Virus record (IMG/VR): IMGVR_UViG_3300022723_000207 | Coordinates: 1 to 64,000 of that record | Strand: one strand, 5' to 3' | Length of the DNA stretch: 64,000 nt | Source of the DNA: a virus | Shown here: positions 10,244 to 20,578 of the stretch, in pieces | Numbering within the stretch: position 1 is the stretch's first letter | How the letters are laid out: each line of letters begins with the position of its first letter | The notes under the pieces: generated by a model | What the model was told of the DNA's origin: nothing | The model's database searches: none | The model's input: the letters and a program-made list of their open reading frames with translations, nothing else | Made by a program: the position numbers and the translations under genes

Positions 10244-12925
10244 CTACGGCACGTTGGTTATGTAATTTGTAGCATCCATGTTAACCAACGTGCCGTTTAC
10301 ACTTCCAACAGCATCAAAAACAGTAGTAGCACTGTCTCCTTCACCCATTCTCCACCAAGTGAAAATATCATTTAGAGTGGAATGTTCGCTTGGGTCTATA
10401 AGATTGCCACTGTTATATAAATCTGATATTTCTTGGTTGGTTATCACTCTATTCCAAATCATCATTTCGCTGATGTAGCAATCTGAATGCCTGATATTAT
10501 TAGAAAATGCCCCCATTACCAAATCTGATGAATTTGTTATAGAGCCTATAGTTGTTCCAGTGTAGGTGGCACTAAATTGAACTCCATCAGACCATATCTC
10601 AATATTTGAGATATCACCATCACCGTTGTAAGTTATTACAAAATGATACCAAGTATCTTCAGAGATTACAGGACCAGAAGCTATTACTTCTGTGGTGCCG
10701 TTTGCAAATCTGACTTCTAAAGCTTCGGAGCTATCTTCAATTAATATAGCATATCCAGTGGCCGCACCGCCGTTATCATTCTTTTTAACTAATATACCAG
10801 AATTTAATGTAGGCAGTGTTTGAACATTGAGGTAAAATGCTACTGTAAACGGAGTGCTGGATGTAAGTGGAAGTGAATTTCCAAAGTTAATATATTCATC
10901 AGCACCATTAAATGATGTTGATAATGTGTTCGCTATCTGCCCATCAATGGCATCGTCTAAGGTTTGAGCAGCATCACCAAATCTTCTATCCAAAACTTCA
11001 ACATTTGAAGTTTCTGATTCATCTAATATAAGAAGTCTATCTGGACCATTGGTGATTTGACTTTGTTCGCTGGCAGGAAAACTTGTTCTATCTAAGATAT
11101 ATCTGTGCAAAATTGTTATTTCTTCTGGATCGTCTTCTTCTGGGTCTTCTTCTGTTTTCTTAAACACTCTAGAACAGTCTACTTTAAGTCTTGGAACCCT
11201 AATTCCGTAAAAATTAGGATTATATATATCTGGTATTATCCCACCGCCAAATATTTCAAAAACTTCGTCTGCCACTAAACCATTATTGACAGAATTAGTA
11301 AATCTTCTGGCCATCAAATCACATGTACCACCGCCACTTGATTCTGAACTTGAACTGTCTTCTAAAAGAGAAAAAGCTTCCCATTCCTCACAAGTGAATT
11401 TAAACCATTGATCGCATGTAAAGGTATCCCAATCTGGATACCCAGCAGATGATGTACTATTAGTTGATTGACTTTCTATATCACTTGAGCTAGATGTGCT
11501 TATTGATGACGTACTAGAACTGAAACTGGAATCAGAACTAGAACTTGCACTTGAATCAGAACTCGTACTGCTGGTGGTACTGCTGCTATTATCATCAAAT
11601 AGGCTGGCAAGATTAATACCTTGAATTACATAATCATTTGGCTGGAAAGTAGCATTGACATCAGTTCCAGTAGATTCATCTATGTTTGTTATGCTTATAT
11701 CATCGGTGTCAGTAAGATTGGCTATAAAACCGCCAGAGCGGCCAGCATATAACACTGGTGCACCACCCTGGGTACCTCTATTGTAAAAACCAAAACTGCC
11801 GTATTGTTGACTAGTTCCGTTTACTTCCCACACCCAGTGAGGAACTAATCTGGATCCACTTGTTCCAGTTCTATCTGAGTAGAATGTTGACAGAAACAAA
11901 TAATCGCCTGTTTTATTAACTTGAATATTTTCAGTATTTGTTACTGTCGAATGTGTAAAACTAGCAGAATCAACTTCAACATTAGTATCCCAAGTTATGT
12001 CTGCATTAGTATCAATTCTTTGGCCACCGCCAGTTTCTCTTAGCCTTACAAACTCAGCAAAGTCATTTAACTTAACCGCTGTAAATCCAGTTGAATCGCT
12101 TAAAATGTTGGCGGTAGCAAAAGTGTCTCTAATCGCCTGAAGTCTTAAAATCTGGCCAGCAGTGGCTTCAATAATGATGAATAAGTTAGCACAACCAGTA
12201 TTGCAACCATTGTTGCCACGCATATACGCAGTTACTTCTGAACCATTAACTTGCGTGCCATCTAGCGTAAGACGTATTTTGGCACCAACTCTAGTTCCAG
12301 AAGAACCAGTATCGAACATTACGTTGGAACAGACCATATAGTGGCCTGTTTGGTTTAGTGTAATATTGCCAGAAGATTGGGTAAATGATCCAGAGTCTAC
12401 TTCGTCTTGAACATTCCAAGTTACATCAGTATATGTTGTTGCTACTGATTGATTAGCAGAATTCCTTATCCTTAGATAATCCCAGTTATCATTTAATTTT
12501 AATAATTGAAGACCGCATTCATTAGCGCGCCTTTGAACAGTTGCTGAGTTACTGTCAGTCCTAATTGCATTAACAATTAAGTCATTGCCAGCAGTAGCAT
12601 TGATAATGGTGGCACTGGACAAAAAACATTCATCTGTGCCGCCAGATCTTCTGATGTAACCAGTAGATCTGCCGTAAGCTAAGTTGACGCCATTTAGATT
12701 AAGTCTAGACTGGATCTCACTTCTGTTAGATCCACTAGCGCTTTGTAAACCTAGGTTGGTTATTACTAAATAATGGCCGCTTTCGCCAAGATCAACGTTG
12801 GTGCCGGTCCTAGTATAAATAGCATCTTGTCTAACATTGGTATCCCAAGTTTGATTAGTTTGGGTTGTGCCAATGGTCTCTAAGCCAGCGGCTTCTCTAT
12901 AAATTGCAATATCGCCAGCGGCCAT
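10244..12925 (-). CDS. Virion adhesin-like protein: three C1q/BclA-like repeats, Ser-rich linker, C-terminal LamG/concanavalin-A domain
   Basis: Three repeated W..(VDS.SFT)..GxYLV units; SSSTTSSTSSDSS linker; FNGADEYI...WYHFVITYNG...ISEMMIWNRVIT LamG signature. Confidence 0.7.
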   Translation of the reverse strand: MAAGDIAIYREAAGLETIGTTQTNQTWDTNVRQDAIYTRTGTNVDLGESGHYLVITNLGLQSASGSNRSEIQSRLNLNGVNLAYGRSTGYIRRSGGTDECFLSSATIINATAGNDLIVNAIRTDSNSATVQRRANECGLQLLKLNDNWDYLRIRNSANQSVATTYTDVTWNVQDEVDSGSFTQSSGNITLNQTGHYMVCSNVMFDTGSSGTRVGAKIRLTLDGTQVNGSEVTAYMRGNNGCNTGCANLFIIIEATAGQILRLQAIRDTFATANILSDSTGFTAVKLNDFAEFVRLRETGGGQRIDTNADITWDTNVEVDSASFTHSTVTNTENIQVNKTGDYLFLSTFYSDRTGTSGSRLVPHWVWEVNGTSQQYGSFGFYNRGTQGGAPVLYAGRSGGFIANLTDTDDISITNIDESTGTDVNATFQPNDYVIQGINLASLFDDNSSSTTSSTSSDSSASSSSDSSFSSSTSSISTSSSSDIESQSTNSTSSAGYPDWDTFTCDQWFKFTCEEWEAFSLLEDSSSSESSGGGTCDLMARRFTNSVNNGLVADEVFEIFGGGIIPDIYNPNFYGIRVPRLKVDCSRVFKKTEEDPEEDDPEEITILHRYILDRTSFPASEQSQITNGPDRLLILDESETSNVEVLDRRFGDAAQTLDDAIDGQIANTLSTSFNGADEYINFGNSLPLTSSTPFTVAFYLNVQTLPTLNSGILVKKNDNGGAATGYAILIEDSSEALEVRFANGTTEVIASGPVISEDTWYHFVITYNGDGDISNIEIWSDGVQFSATYTGTTIGSITNSSDLVMGAFSNNIRHSDCYISEMMIWNRVITNQEISDLYNSGNLIDPSEHSTLNDIFTWWRMGEGDSATTVFDAVGSVNGTLVNMDATNYITNVP

Positions 12926-12940
12926 AAATTAACTTTTACG

Positions 12941-13621
12941 CTAATCGTCGCCGTATAGAATGCTCAATTCTCCATAAGCGCTCTTAGCGACAGATCCATT
13001 ATTGACCATCTTCATTCTCAATGGGGTATTAGCTGGAAGTAGAGCACTATCAAACGTGTCTTCTCCCCATGTTCTTACCACACCAGGAATTACTCTGTAA
13101 TTTGCTGGCGGAGTCCCAACAAAGTACCTGTGCATGTGTAGCGAAGTGCCGATACTTAGATCATCTTCCAATTCATCTTTTAATGTGATCTCTCCAGTTT
13201 CTCTGTTTATTTCAATAATATGTAGATACACATCGTTATCATCATCATTTCCGATAGCCAGGAAATCTCCTTGGCTCATGCCTAGAGGTTCAATTAGTAA
13301 TTGTGGGATATACACTGTAGAATCACCAGTAGTAGCGTTCTGGGTTAGTGCTAGCGATGGATGCTCTATATCAACCCATACAGATATAAAGTCACCTAAA
13401 TCCGTGGATTCTGATCCACCTTCAGCATTGACTACTTTTAATAATGCTCCAGAACTGACCCCAATAGGATATGGCCAAGATTTTGTCTCAACTTTTGACT
13501 CGCCAGCAGCAACATTTAATATGTCTAGTGATTCATAACGTATATGGCCTGACTTTAGACCCTCAGGAGTATGGACTTGTCTAAATAAATTGCCAGCCAG
13601 TACGCCCTCTTCTTCTGACAT
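12941..13621 (-). CDS. Hypothetical structural protein
   Basis: 226-aa acidic ORF with GGAG RBS in the fibre operon. Confidence 0.65.
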   Translation of the reverse strand: MSEEEGVLAGNLFRQVHTPEGLKSGHIRYESLDILNVAAGESKVETKSWPYPIGVSSGALLKVVNAEGGSESTDLGDFISVWVDIEHPSLALTQNATTGDSTVYIPQLLIEPLGMSQGDFLAIGNDDDNDVYLHIIEINRETGEITLKDELEDDLSIGTSLHMHRYFVGTPPANYRVIPGVVRTWGEDTFDSALLPANTPLRMKMVNNGSVAKSAYGELSILYGDD

Positions 13622-13629
13622 GGTGTCTC

Positions 13630-14529
13630 CTAAGAATACTTCCGTATAGTTGATCTTCTAGAAGCGTAGAACGTCCTAGTATCTGTTGATTGTACGTTGC
13701 CATCAGAATCATAATTGTTAGTAGTGATTGAAATCAATTTGTTTCTGACGTAATTGTACACATCTTCTTTAACCAAACCAGAATATGTTCCATCTCCATT
13801 ATCAATTATATATTTCTTAATTGATTCAATCTTATCATTGTCTTTTTCCACTACTTCGTAACGCCAATCTACATAACCAGTTGACGATGAATCAAGCCTT
13901 TTGTTAACGACAGTGCTAGCAATATCATCTGATTCTGATCTACTATCAATTATGCTGTCAATTTCAGATTTTGAGGTAGCATTATTTATTTGGCTCTTCA
14001 AATCCCTGCCTGCGTTTAAGTGATGATTTACTGTATTTGCATAGGCAGCGAAGAAACTATTAGCATCAGAAATAGTTCTAAGGATATATGTCTGATTGTC
14101 AGCGGTCGATAAATATCTCGGAAAATCAATAGAAGATAGGACTCCAGTTGACAGAGAAGTTCTGAGCATGTTCCAGGTCAGCTGGGCTGGCTGGCTCATA
14201 CTGAATCTGTTGCCATCAAATTCAAATCCACATGCTATTAATTCTTGGGTTTTATCATCTATTAACTGAAACTTTCTAGCCTTATATGCATCTAGATCTG
14301 GTATTACTGTATAGTGGTTTATGTTTGTACCATCACCAGAAGTTTTTCTGTGATACTCAGTGGCATTTGGGTGCGGATCATTGATTCTGAGAGGTTTTAA
14401 GCCACTTGGGGCATTAGAAATCTTAATCGTAACATCTGGAGCCTTATTTTGAATTTCTTCAATAGATGGATCAGCATTTTTAGCAACCGCTAGCACGTCA
14501 CCGTCATCATTGAGATACGCACTAGTCAT
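13630..14529 (-). CDS. DUF4376-like tail fibre-associated protein
   Basis: YKARKFQLIDDKTQELIACGFEFDG...TADN...GRDLKSQINNATSKSEIDSI pattern. Confidence 0.6.
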   Translation of the reverse strand: MTSAYLNDDGDVLAVAKNADPSIEEIQNKAPDVTIKISNAPSGLKPLRINDPHPNATEYHRKTSGDGTNINHYTVIPDLDAYKARKFQLIDDKTQELIACGFEFDGNRFSMSQPAQLTWNMLRTSLSTGVLSSIDFPRYLSTADNQTYILRTISDANSFFAAYANTVNHHLNAGRDLKSQINNATSKSEIDSIIDSRSESDDIASTVVNKRLDSSSTGYVDWRYEVVEKDNDKIESIKKYIIDNGDGTYSGLVKEDVYNYVRNKLISITTNNYDSDGNVQSTDTRTFYASRRSTIRKYS

Positions 14530-17186
14530 TAGTCGAGCCTCTTGCGAGAGAATTCAACGTCGATATCTACTATAACCCAATCATCGACCAAAGTATCATC
14601 GCCATTGCCAACACTGCCATCTCTCTCTAAAGCAACTACAACTCTGCCCCCTGGTGGTAATCCTGGTAAGGAAACTTCAATCTCGTGTTCTACCAATTGT
14701 CCTGAGATAGCTGTTGCTGCTTGGATATCAGAAAATGGACCAAATTCGGTTAGTGTCCCAGCGTTAATATTTTGACCTTCAAAATACGATGCAACTAGTA
14801 ACTGTAACTCAATATTACCACTTCCAGTTCCTAATTGGAATCCTGATATCTTAACAATCGCTGGCGATGAAGTATCAACCCATTCTGGAACTTTTAATCT
14901 GTAATGGATTTGAGTTAATTGGCTACCACTAAGACTATTTCTAATTCCTATTGTGCTAATATTGGTGCTAAAATTGATGTTTTCATCAGCGGCAGCATTG
15001 GTGGTTGGCTCTAGAGCAATAGAAGGCAATATTGTGATGTTATCAGATCCTCTAGATCCACCCCACAAAACAATGTCGCCATCAGTATGTACACTAACGT
15101 CATTTCCAATTACTGACCCACCGCTAAATGTTGCTCCAGAAGTTATGGCCCCTGAATTTCTAAATCTTATTGCGTAATGGTCTTGGCTGTCATCCCATTC
15201 TGGAACTTCATCAGCAACATCATTTGCTGCCGCCTGAGAAACAGCCTTACTTACTTCTAGCAACTGAGTCTCGACCATGGTGAAAGGTGTTATTCCTCTA
15301 AAATTCAGCTCCTCTTCGTCGCCATAAGCGTTATAGTCAGTTGAAACCCATGATGATCCATTCCAGTACTCCGCAACTATGGATCCGGAGCCCAACACAG
15401 CTGCAGTATCTATGTCTAACTTAATCGCTTGGAATGGACACAAACTACCGATTATAATAGCATCATTGTCGGCAGTTAGCTGAGAACCGCCATTACTGGC
15501 AAATCTTGAAAACTTGCTGCCACTTGAGGCGGAATCATCATAAGACCAATATTCAACGATCTCTTGCCCAAATTCATTGTTTATATATGGCCCACCTTCA
15601 CCTATGTATGTGAAAATATCCTGAACTCCTGGGACACCAACGGACAAGCCACCTTCCACTTTGGCACCGCCGCCAAGCAATGCTCTGTTAGTTGTCTTGT
15701 CTATCCCGGTAAAGTTTAATGTAGCGCCACTAGCTATTGACCTTTTTTCTAGATTGGATATCCCAATTATATTAACCAATCCAGATGATGCTTCAATCAA
15801 GACATCAAATGTTGTAGAATTTTCAATACTAGTGGATGATGAGAATATACTGTTGGCCCCACTGGAACCAGATCTGATAGAATTTACAGTATTGACTACC
15901 CTAAGACCTTGTGAATTAATCGTTCCGCTATTGTTGGCGTATAAACCATTGGTAGCTTCTTGAGTAACAATACTAGTAGCACTAATAGTGCCACCATTAG
16001 CGAATAAACTAGTAGTTAACTGGGATATTGCTGTTCCGCCTACAATCGGGCTAACACAATTTAAGCTAGCGCTGCTAGTTGCTTCTAGCCCAACAGAAAG
16101 AGTTTCTCCTGGGGCTCTAAATATCACACATCCATTGACAGCTAGTATAGTGCCAGATCCTGTTGCTAGGATACCGGTCTCGCAATTTCTAACTAAACAC
16201 GAATTAACACTACCGTTCTGATTGCCACCTGAAGCTCTAAATCCAACACCACCTGCCCCGGAGGCCCCTCTGGCAGTTATGCCGCTGACTAATGCACTAG
16301 ACTCTATTTCGAATATAGCAGCAGTAGTGGTGGCTGGTTCTACAAAGGTAGTTCCAAAACCACTGGGAGCAACAATACTAACGCCAGTAGGAACTGTTAA
16401 AGGATTAGGCTCGTTTAAATAAACACCGGCAGTTAGTTCAATTAAAATAGGATTGCTAGTGCTTGGCGAAAAAGAATTAGCGACAGCCAATGCACCAGCA
16501 ATGGTGGTGGCATCACCATTACCTGCTGGATCAACAACAATAGGCAATAAAGGAATTTGGCCGACAATGATGTAGTCACTACCATCGCTAGTGATGGCGA
16601 TATTGCCGTATTGTTTGGCGATAGAAACTGTAGTATTACCATTGATTGTTTCGGAACCATCCCCATCAATGATTACAAGGTTCCCACTAGTGTCAATCTT
16701 ATAAACTCGAAAAACAATACCAACAGAAGTTGACGCTGGTGGCAGCGTGATAGTTCTATCACCACCAGAAGCATCAACATTTAAGATACTATCACTAAGC
16801 AATAAAGTTGTATTTGTAGCTGTGGCTCTAATTGTTCGGCGGATTTTTACAATATCCCAAGAAGAGCCATCCCATTGGTAATGAACATCTTCGTCATCAT
16901 CTCTTACAATCCACCCTTCTTTTGGGGTGTTAAACCGCCATACGCCGTCAGTATATTCAGCGATATCGTTATCTTGTCCGGACCAAGCGCCAGTAGCTCC
17001 AGAAGCGACTAAATATCGATTACCTTCTGAGGGGCTGCCCGGAGGAGTGGTAATGTAATCTAGAACTGGTAATCTGAAGGGGTTTCGACTAGATCTTATG
17101 AAGTTTTCGTTTAGTACTTCGCCAGCGTCGCCAGACGGAGTAGGGTCAACAATCTTATACCCGTTATTGAAGACAAATGATGACAT
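14529..17186 (-). CDS. Tail fibre/spike-like protein: DUF2793 plus beta-helix
   Basis: PPGSPSEGNRYLVASGATGAWSG (DUF2793), VDASGGDRTITLP, TIAGALA followed by Gly/Ser/Asn-rich beta-helix repeats. Confidence 0.7.
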   Translation of the reverse strand: MSSFVFNNGYKIVDPTPSGDAGEVLNENFIRSSRNPFRLPVLDYITTPPGSPSEGNRYLVASGATGAWSGQDNDIAEYTDGVWRFNTPKEGWIVRDDDEDVHYQWDGSSWDIVKIRRTIRATATNTTLLLSDSILNVDASGGDRTITLPPASTSVGIVFRVYKIDTSGNLVIIDGDGSETINGNTTVSIAKQYGNIAITSDGSDYIIVGQIPLLPIVVDPAGNGDATTIAGALAVANSFSPSTSNPILIELTAGVYLNEPNPLTVPTGVSIVAPSGFGTTFVEPATTTAAIFEIESSALVSGITARGASGAGGVGFRASGGNQNGSVNSCLVRNCETGILATGSGTILAVNGCVIFRAPGETLSVGLEATSSASLNCVSPIVGGTAISQLTTSLFANGGTISATSIVTQEATNGLYANNSGTINSQGLRVVNTVNSIRSGSSGANSIFSSSTSIENSTTFDVLIEASSGLVNIIGISNLEKRSIASGATLNFTGIDKTTNRALLGGGAKVEGGLSVGVPGVQDIFTYIGEGGPYINNEFGQEIVEYWSYDDSASSGSKFSRFASNGGSQLTADNDAIIIGSLCPFQAIKLDIDTAAVLGSGSIVAEYWNGSSWVSTDYNAYGDEEELNFRGITPFTMVETQLLEVSKAVSQAAANDVADEVPEWDDSQDHYAIRFRNSGAITSGATFSGGSVIGNDVSVHTDGDIVLWGGSRGSDNITILPSIALEPTTNAAADENINFSTNISTIGIRNSLSGSQLTQIHYRLKVPEWVDTSSPAIVKISGFQLGTGSGNIELQLLVASYFEGQNINAGTLTEFGPFSDIQAATAISGQLVEHEIEVSLPGLPPGGRVVVALERDGSVGNGDDTLVDDWVIVDIDVEFSRKRLD

Positions 17187-17216
17187 ACTCTATATTTACA
17201 CCAGAGCCCATGCCAT

Positions 17217-18050
17217 TTAAGATTCGTTATCTTCATCATCTGGAAGGTCATTTTTATTCCAAACTTTTTCGTACAATTCCTGAATCTCACGCATTTTGGA
17301 TCCTAGTTCATCCATGCGCTCGTTGTACTTCTCTTCCTTACCATCTGTGTCGAAATCCAAACCAGACTGTTCTTGCATATAAATGTCAGTCAAGAAGTCA
17401 GATAATTTTTCAATATGCTGCAACGCTTTGTTAACCGGGCGCATTGGAGATGAGCCCTTAGACGCAGAACTCTCTCCGGTACTACCACCAAGGCCAGAAG
17501 AACCATCTTCATCTAATCCGGATAGCTGAGCATTTTTCTCGTCAGAAATGGTCTTCTGAAGCTCTTTTACTTTAGGAGCTTCATCTTCCTTTTCGACTTG
17601 CGCAATCATGTGTTTTTTGATATCGCCATCTGGAAGATCATTAATAATTTTAAAATGAGACCAAGTATACCCAACCTGTGCCCTCTCAATAATTTTATCT
17701 TTATCGAAGGATAGATAAAACTTGCGGAAACGGGACAGATCAGAAATAGCGATGTCCAATTCGTTGCTGGTGCGCTTTAGGATACTTTCCTCATATTTAG
17801 TTTCATTATCGTAAGCATCATTAATTTTTTGGCCAATCATCCAACGCCATGCTAAATCGTTTTCACGGCCTTTTTGATAGATGTCGCGACATTCAGAGAT
17901 TAATTGGTTACTAGCTTCAACTTGATTCGAAGTAACAACTTCATTAGGGGATACCGCCCTGATATCTTCGGAATCGCTCTTTGAGTCCTCTTCATCCAGA
18001 CCCAATTCGCCAATTAGTGTGTCAATTTCGTTATTATCTTCGTCGCTCAT
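17217..18050 (-). CDS. DUF1016/YhcG N-terminal-like DNA-binding protein
   Basis: WMIGQKI...LSRFRKFY...YTWSHFKII pattern; acidic termini. Confidence 0.55.
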   Translation of the reverse strand: MSDEDNNEIDTLIGELGLDEEDSKSDSEDIRAVSPNEVVTSNQVEASNQLISECRDIYQKGRENDLAWRWMIGQKINDAYDNETKYEESILKRTSNELDIAISDLSRFRKFYLSFDKDKIIERAQVGYTWSHFKIINDLPDGDIKKHMIAQVEKEDEAPKVKELQKTISDEKNAQLSGLDEDGSSGLGGSTGESSASKGSSPMRPVNKALQHIEKLSDFLTDIYMQEQSGLDFDTDGKEEKYNERMDELGSKMREIQELYEKVWNKNDLPDDEDNES

Positions 18051-18063
18051 AGTAATTTAAATA

Positions 18064-18615
18064 CTACGAACCAAGAAGCTGATTGACGAATCCCTTGCCG
18101 TAGTGTTTGGCAAGCTTCTTCATAGTGTCGAAGCTAGGCTTGCGAGATCCAGTCTTGTAGCGGCTGATGGTAGATTTGTGAACATCAATCTCATCTGCCA
18201 TATCATCTTGAGTTTCACCCTTTGAACGAGCGGCTTTAGCAATAGGGGACTGTTCGCCCTTCTTACGCTTGTCAGCTTCTTTTTCAAACTTCTCTTTATT
18301 CTTTTTAGACTGTTCGTCTTCGTCTTCTTCCTCAGTGATTGCTTGAATAATTTGCATAGCACTATGTCCGAGATCATCACGGACCCGGCGGTATTTATTG
18401 TCAATAAATTCATATAAATTGGTTTTGAAATCGTTGAATTCTTCTAGTTCCCAAGATTCGCAGATATCCCTTAGATCGCGATATGTTTTTAGCATATCGC
18501 CAGCTTTGTAATCGTGTCCTAATTCTGCTAGATCTGCTAAGACAATCACTCGACCATCAGCATCGATGTGGCTTAAAAATTCTAACAAAAAATCACTGCG
18601 TGGGCCAAATTCCAT
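18064..18615 (-). CDS. XRE-family HTH protein with N-terminal extension
   Basis: TQDDMADEIDVHKSTISRYKTGSRKPSFDTMKKLA. Confidence 0.8.
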   Translation of the reverse strand: MEFGPRSDFLLEFLSHIDADGRVIVLADLAELGHDYKAGDMLKTYRDLRDICESWELEEFNDFKTNLYEFIDNKYRRVRDDLGHSAMQIIQAITEEEDEDEQSKKNKEKFEKEADKRKKGEQSPIAKAARSKGETQDDMADEIDVHKSTISRYKTGSRKPSFDTMKKLAKHYGKGFVNQLLGS

Positions 18616-18645
18616 TACCCTTCTCCTGACCTATTTTTGCATTTC

Positions 18646-18846
18646 CTAATAAGTTTTATGCTGGGGTCGCACAATGTCGTTTAATGATAGTTCTCCATTA
18701 TTAATTTTGTTCAATATTGTTTCGATTTCATTTTCTAATGCTATTCTTTGAGTGTTTAAATTTTCAATTTTAATTCTTTCTGTATTATGTGACATCTTTA
18801 AATGTACAGTAAATAATTTGTCAATGCAGTTACCTAATGTGTCCAT
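18646..18846 (-). CDS. DUF4254-like protein, C-terminal half
   Basis: MDTLGNCIDKL...NLNTQRIALENEI...QHKTY; ATG at 18846 with GAGG RBS inside the upstream endonuclease gene. Confidence 0.6.
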   Translation of the reverse strand: MDTLGNCIDKLFTVHLKMSHNTERIKIENLNTQRIALENEIETILNKINNGELSLNDIVRPQHKTY

Positions 18847-19648
18847 GCAGATTCCTCTCAAAGTTAAATTTTTTCCTTGACATATATATTGAGCTGCTAT
18901 CATAAAACCAGTTATAGATTGACAGTATTTTAGATTTATCAGTAGTCCTAATCCTAAATAAATCTTTTAAGTCATTACCATGCTTGGTTTTTCTAAACCT
19001 TGCGCTTCTTTTATCACAATATACTTTAATGCTGCATCCTATTTCTTTTAATATTTTGTTTATACTATGCAGGATATTATAGTGCGGTGAAGAAATATTA
19101 AACTCTCTTGGTCCTATAGACCCATCGCCGTCAAAAAAACCACGCATCAAATGGCGATGAGATTTTATCTCTTTAAATATCTTAGGGTTTCCATCATATT
19201 TAAAATTATTCCAGCCAATAGATATTAAACTTTTACATATCGATTTTGAGCATATTTCGATCTTAGACGTCTTGCTATTCGGTGATATCCTATTATTGCT
19301 TATTATTATTGGAATTGATTCGCATACGTATGCACCAAATTTTTTTAAATGATCGTAATCTTTGTAAGATAATTCGACTACTATTTTGTTTTTGTTGATA
19401 TGGCCGTCAGCTAGCAAGAAGCCTAGCCAATAATCACCATATTCTGTGTTGATTGGCCATTTACTGAATGTTTTATGATGATATGAATGGTACCTTCTAA
19501 TACTAACCCCTAATTTTCTAATGAATGATGTCATATTATTAGGAGCCACTGAAAATTCTCTAGCCAGACTAGAAGAACTTCTACCATTTTCATATTCATT
19601 GATGATATACGATTTTACATTGTTGTCTAAATCAACTAATTTGGACAT
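18830..19648 (-). mobile_element. Free-standing double-motif LAGLIDADG homing endonuclease with N-terminal HTH
   Basis: YWLGFLLADG and LMRGFFDGDG; AT-rich; overlaps both neighbours. Confidence 0.85.
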
Positions 19649-19994
19649 TTTTGGCTGCTACTTTATCTATTGCATCCATTAGATTGGCTCTTTGAACATT
19701 CAGATCACAACATCTTTTGATTGTCATGTGTAATTCTTTAAGATTGTTATCATATTGTTTTATAAATTCATCAGTATCCATAAATCTTATAGCATATAAT
19801 ACTTCCTGGTTTGACCACATTTGAGTAGTCACACATGCTAATTTTGATATTAACGTACCAACAGAGTCGCACTCTGATGGGTCATTCTCTTTTAAGGCGT
19901 CTAGATAGTGTCTGCCATCTTTTCCGATTTCTTTCTTGATGTTAACATGGTCAGTTGAATCTAGTTTGTCCATTATTTTGTCATATATGAACAC
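19632..19994 (-). CDS. DUF4254-like protein, N-terminal half
   Basis: DSVGTLISKL...MWSNQE...IKRCCDLNVQRANLMDAID. Confidence 0.6.
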   Translation of the reverse strand: MFIYDKIMDKLDSTDHVNIKKEIGKDGRHYLDALKENDPSECDSVGTLISKLACVTTQMWSNQEVLYAIRFMDTDEFIKQYDNNLKELHMTIKRCCDLNVQRANLMDAIDKVAAKNVQIS

Positions 19995-20040
19995 GTATTG
20001 TTTCTCCTTGTTGTTTACAATATTTTTGGTTTAAATACGT

Positions 20041-20545
20041 CCCCACCGCTTTCCCATGGGAGATCCCCTTGGAAAAAGATCTTAAAGAATGTTTCCGAAC
20101 TCTTCTGAACTTAGGTCTCTAGGCTGCTATTCTTTTATTTGCGGTAGTGTTTCCACTATCCTCTGAGTTTCGGGTTATAAAACCCGCTCCCATTTCAGCA
20201 GCCGGGGCAGAATCGGACAAAGCACTAGTGGGGAACTTCTAGTGTCCGCATTACGCGGAGCCTCCTTGTCAGACCTTATTCAGATCATTCTATGTCCCGA
20301 AGATCTTTCCAAGACGAACAGACGACACGTGTAGACCCAAGGCGAAGCCCTCAAGAGCCAACCGTCTATTCTCGATCCATCCACGCCCCGGTGGTTTTAA
20401 CGCCCGATTAGGCATGGAGGGTTCTTGCTAAGACCCCTGGTCGAAATCAGCCTGATTAGGTTTCGCCAAAAGTTTGCGGTCATTTCTCTAGTCTCTGTGC
20501 CTAATGGCATCTCGATGTAGACCTGACTTTTGGGGTTCGGTTTTT
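20041..20545 (-). ncRNA. Unclassified large structured RNA candidate (~500 nt)
   Basis: No tracked ORF and GC-richer than flanks. Nested long-range helices 20068-20083/20300-20313, 20104-20118/20271-20284, 20122-20128/20197-20203, plus many hairpins. Strand is inferred from a GAAA loop and the upstream GTATTT motif. Confidence 0.6.
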
Positions 20546-20578
20546 GGATTTAAATACACACAAGGACAAAAATAAGTC

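Noticed and set aside
20041-20545. tmRNA, RNase P, tRNA cluster, group I intron or hammerhead identity for the structured gap
   Set aside because: No tRNA-like ends, RNase P GAGGAAAGUCC core or CUGAUGA core were seen, and no interrupted gene flanks it.
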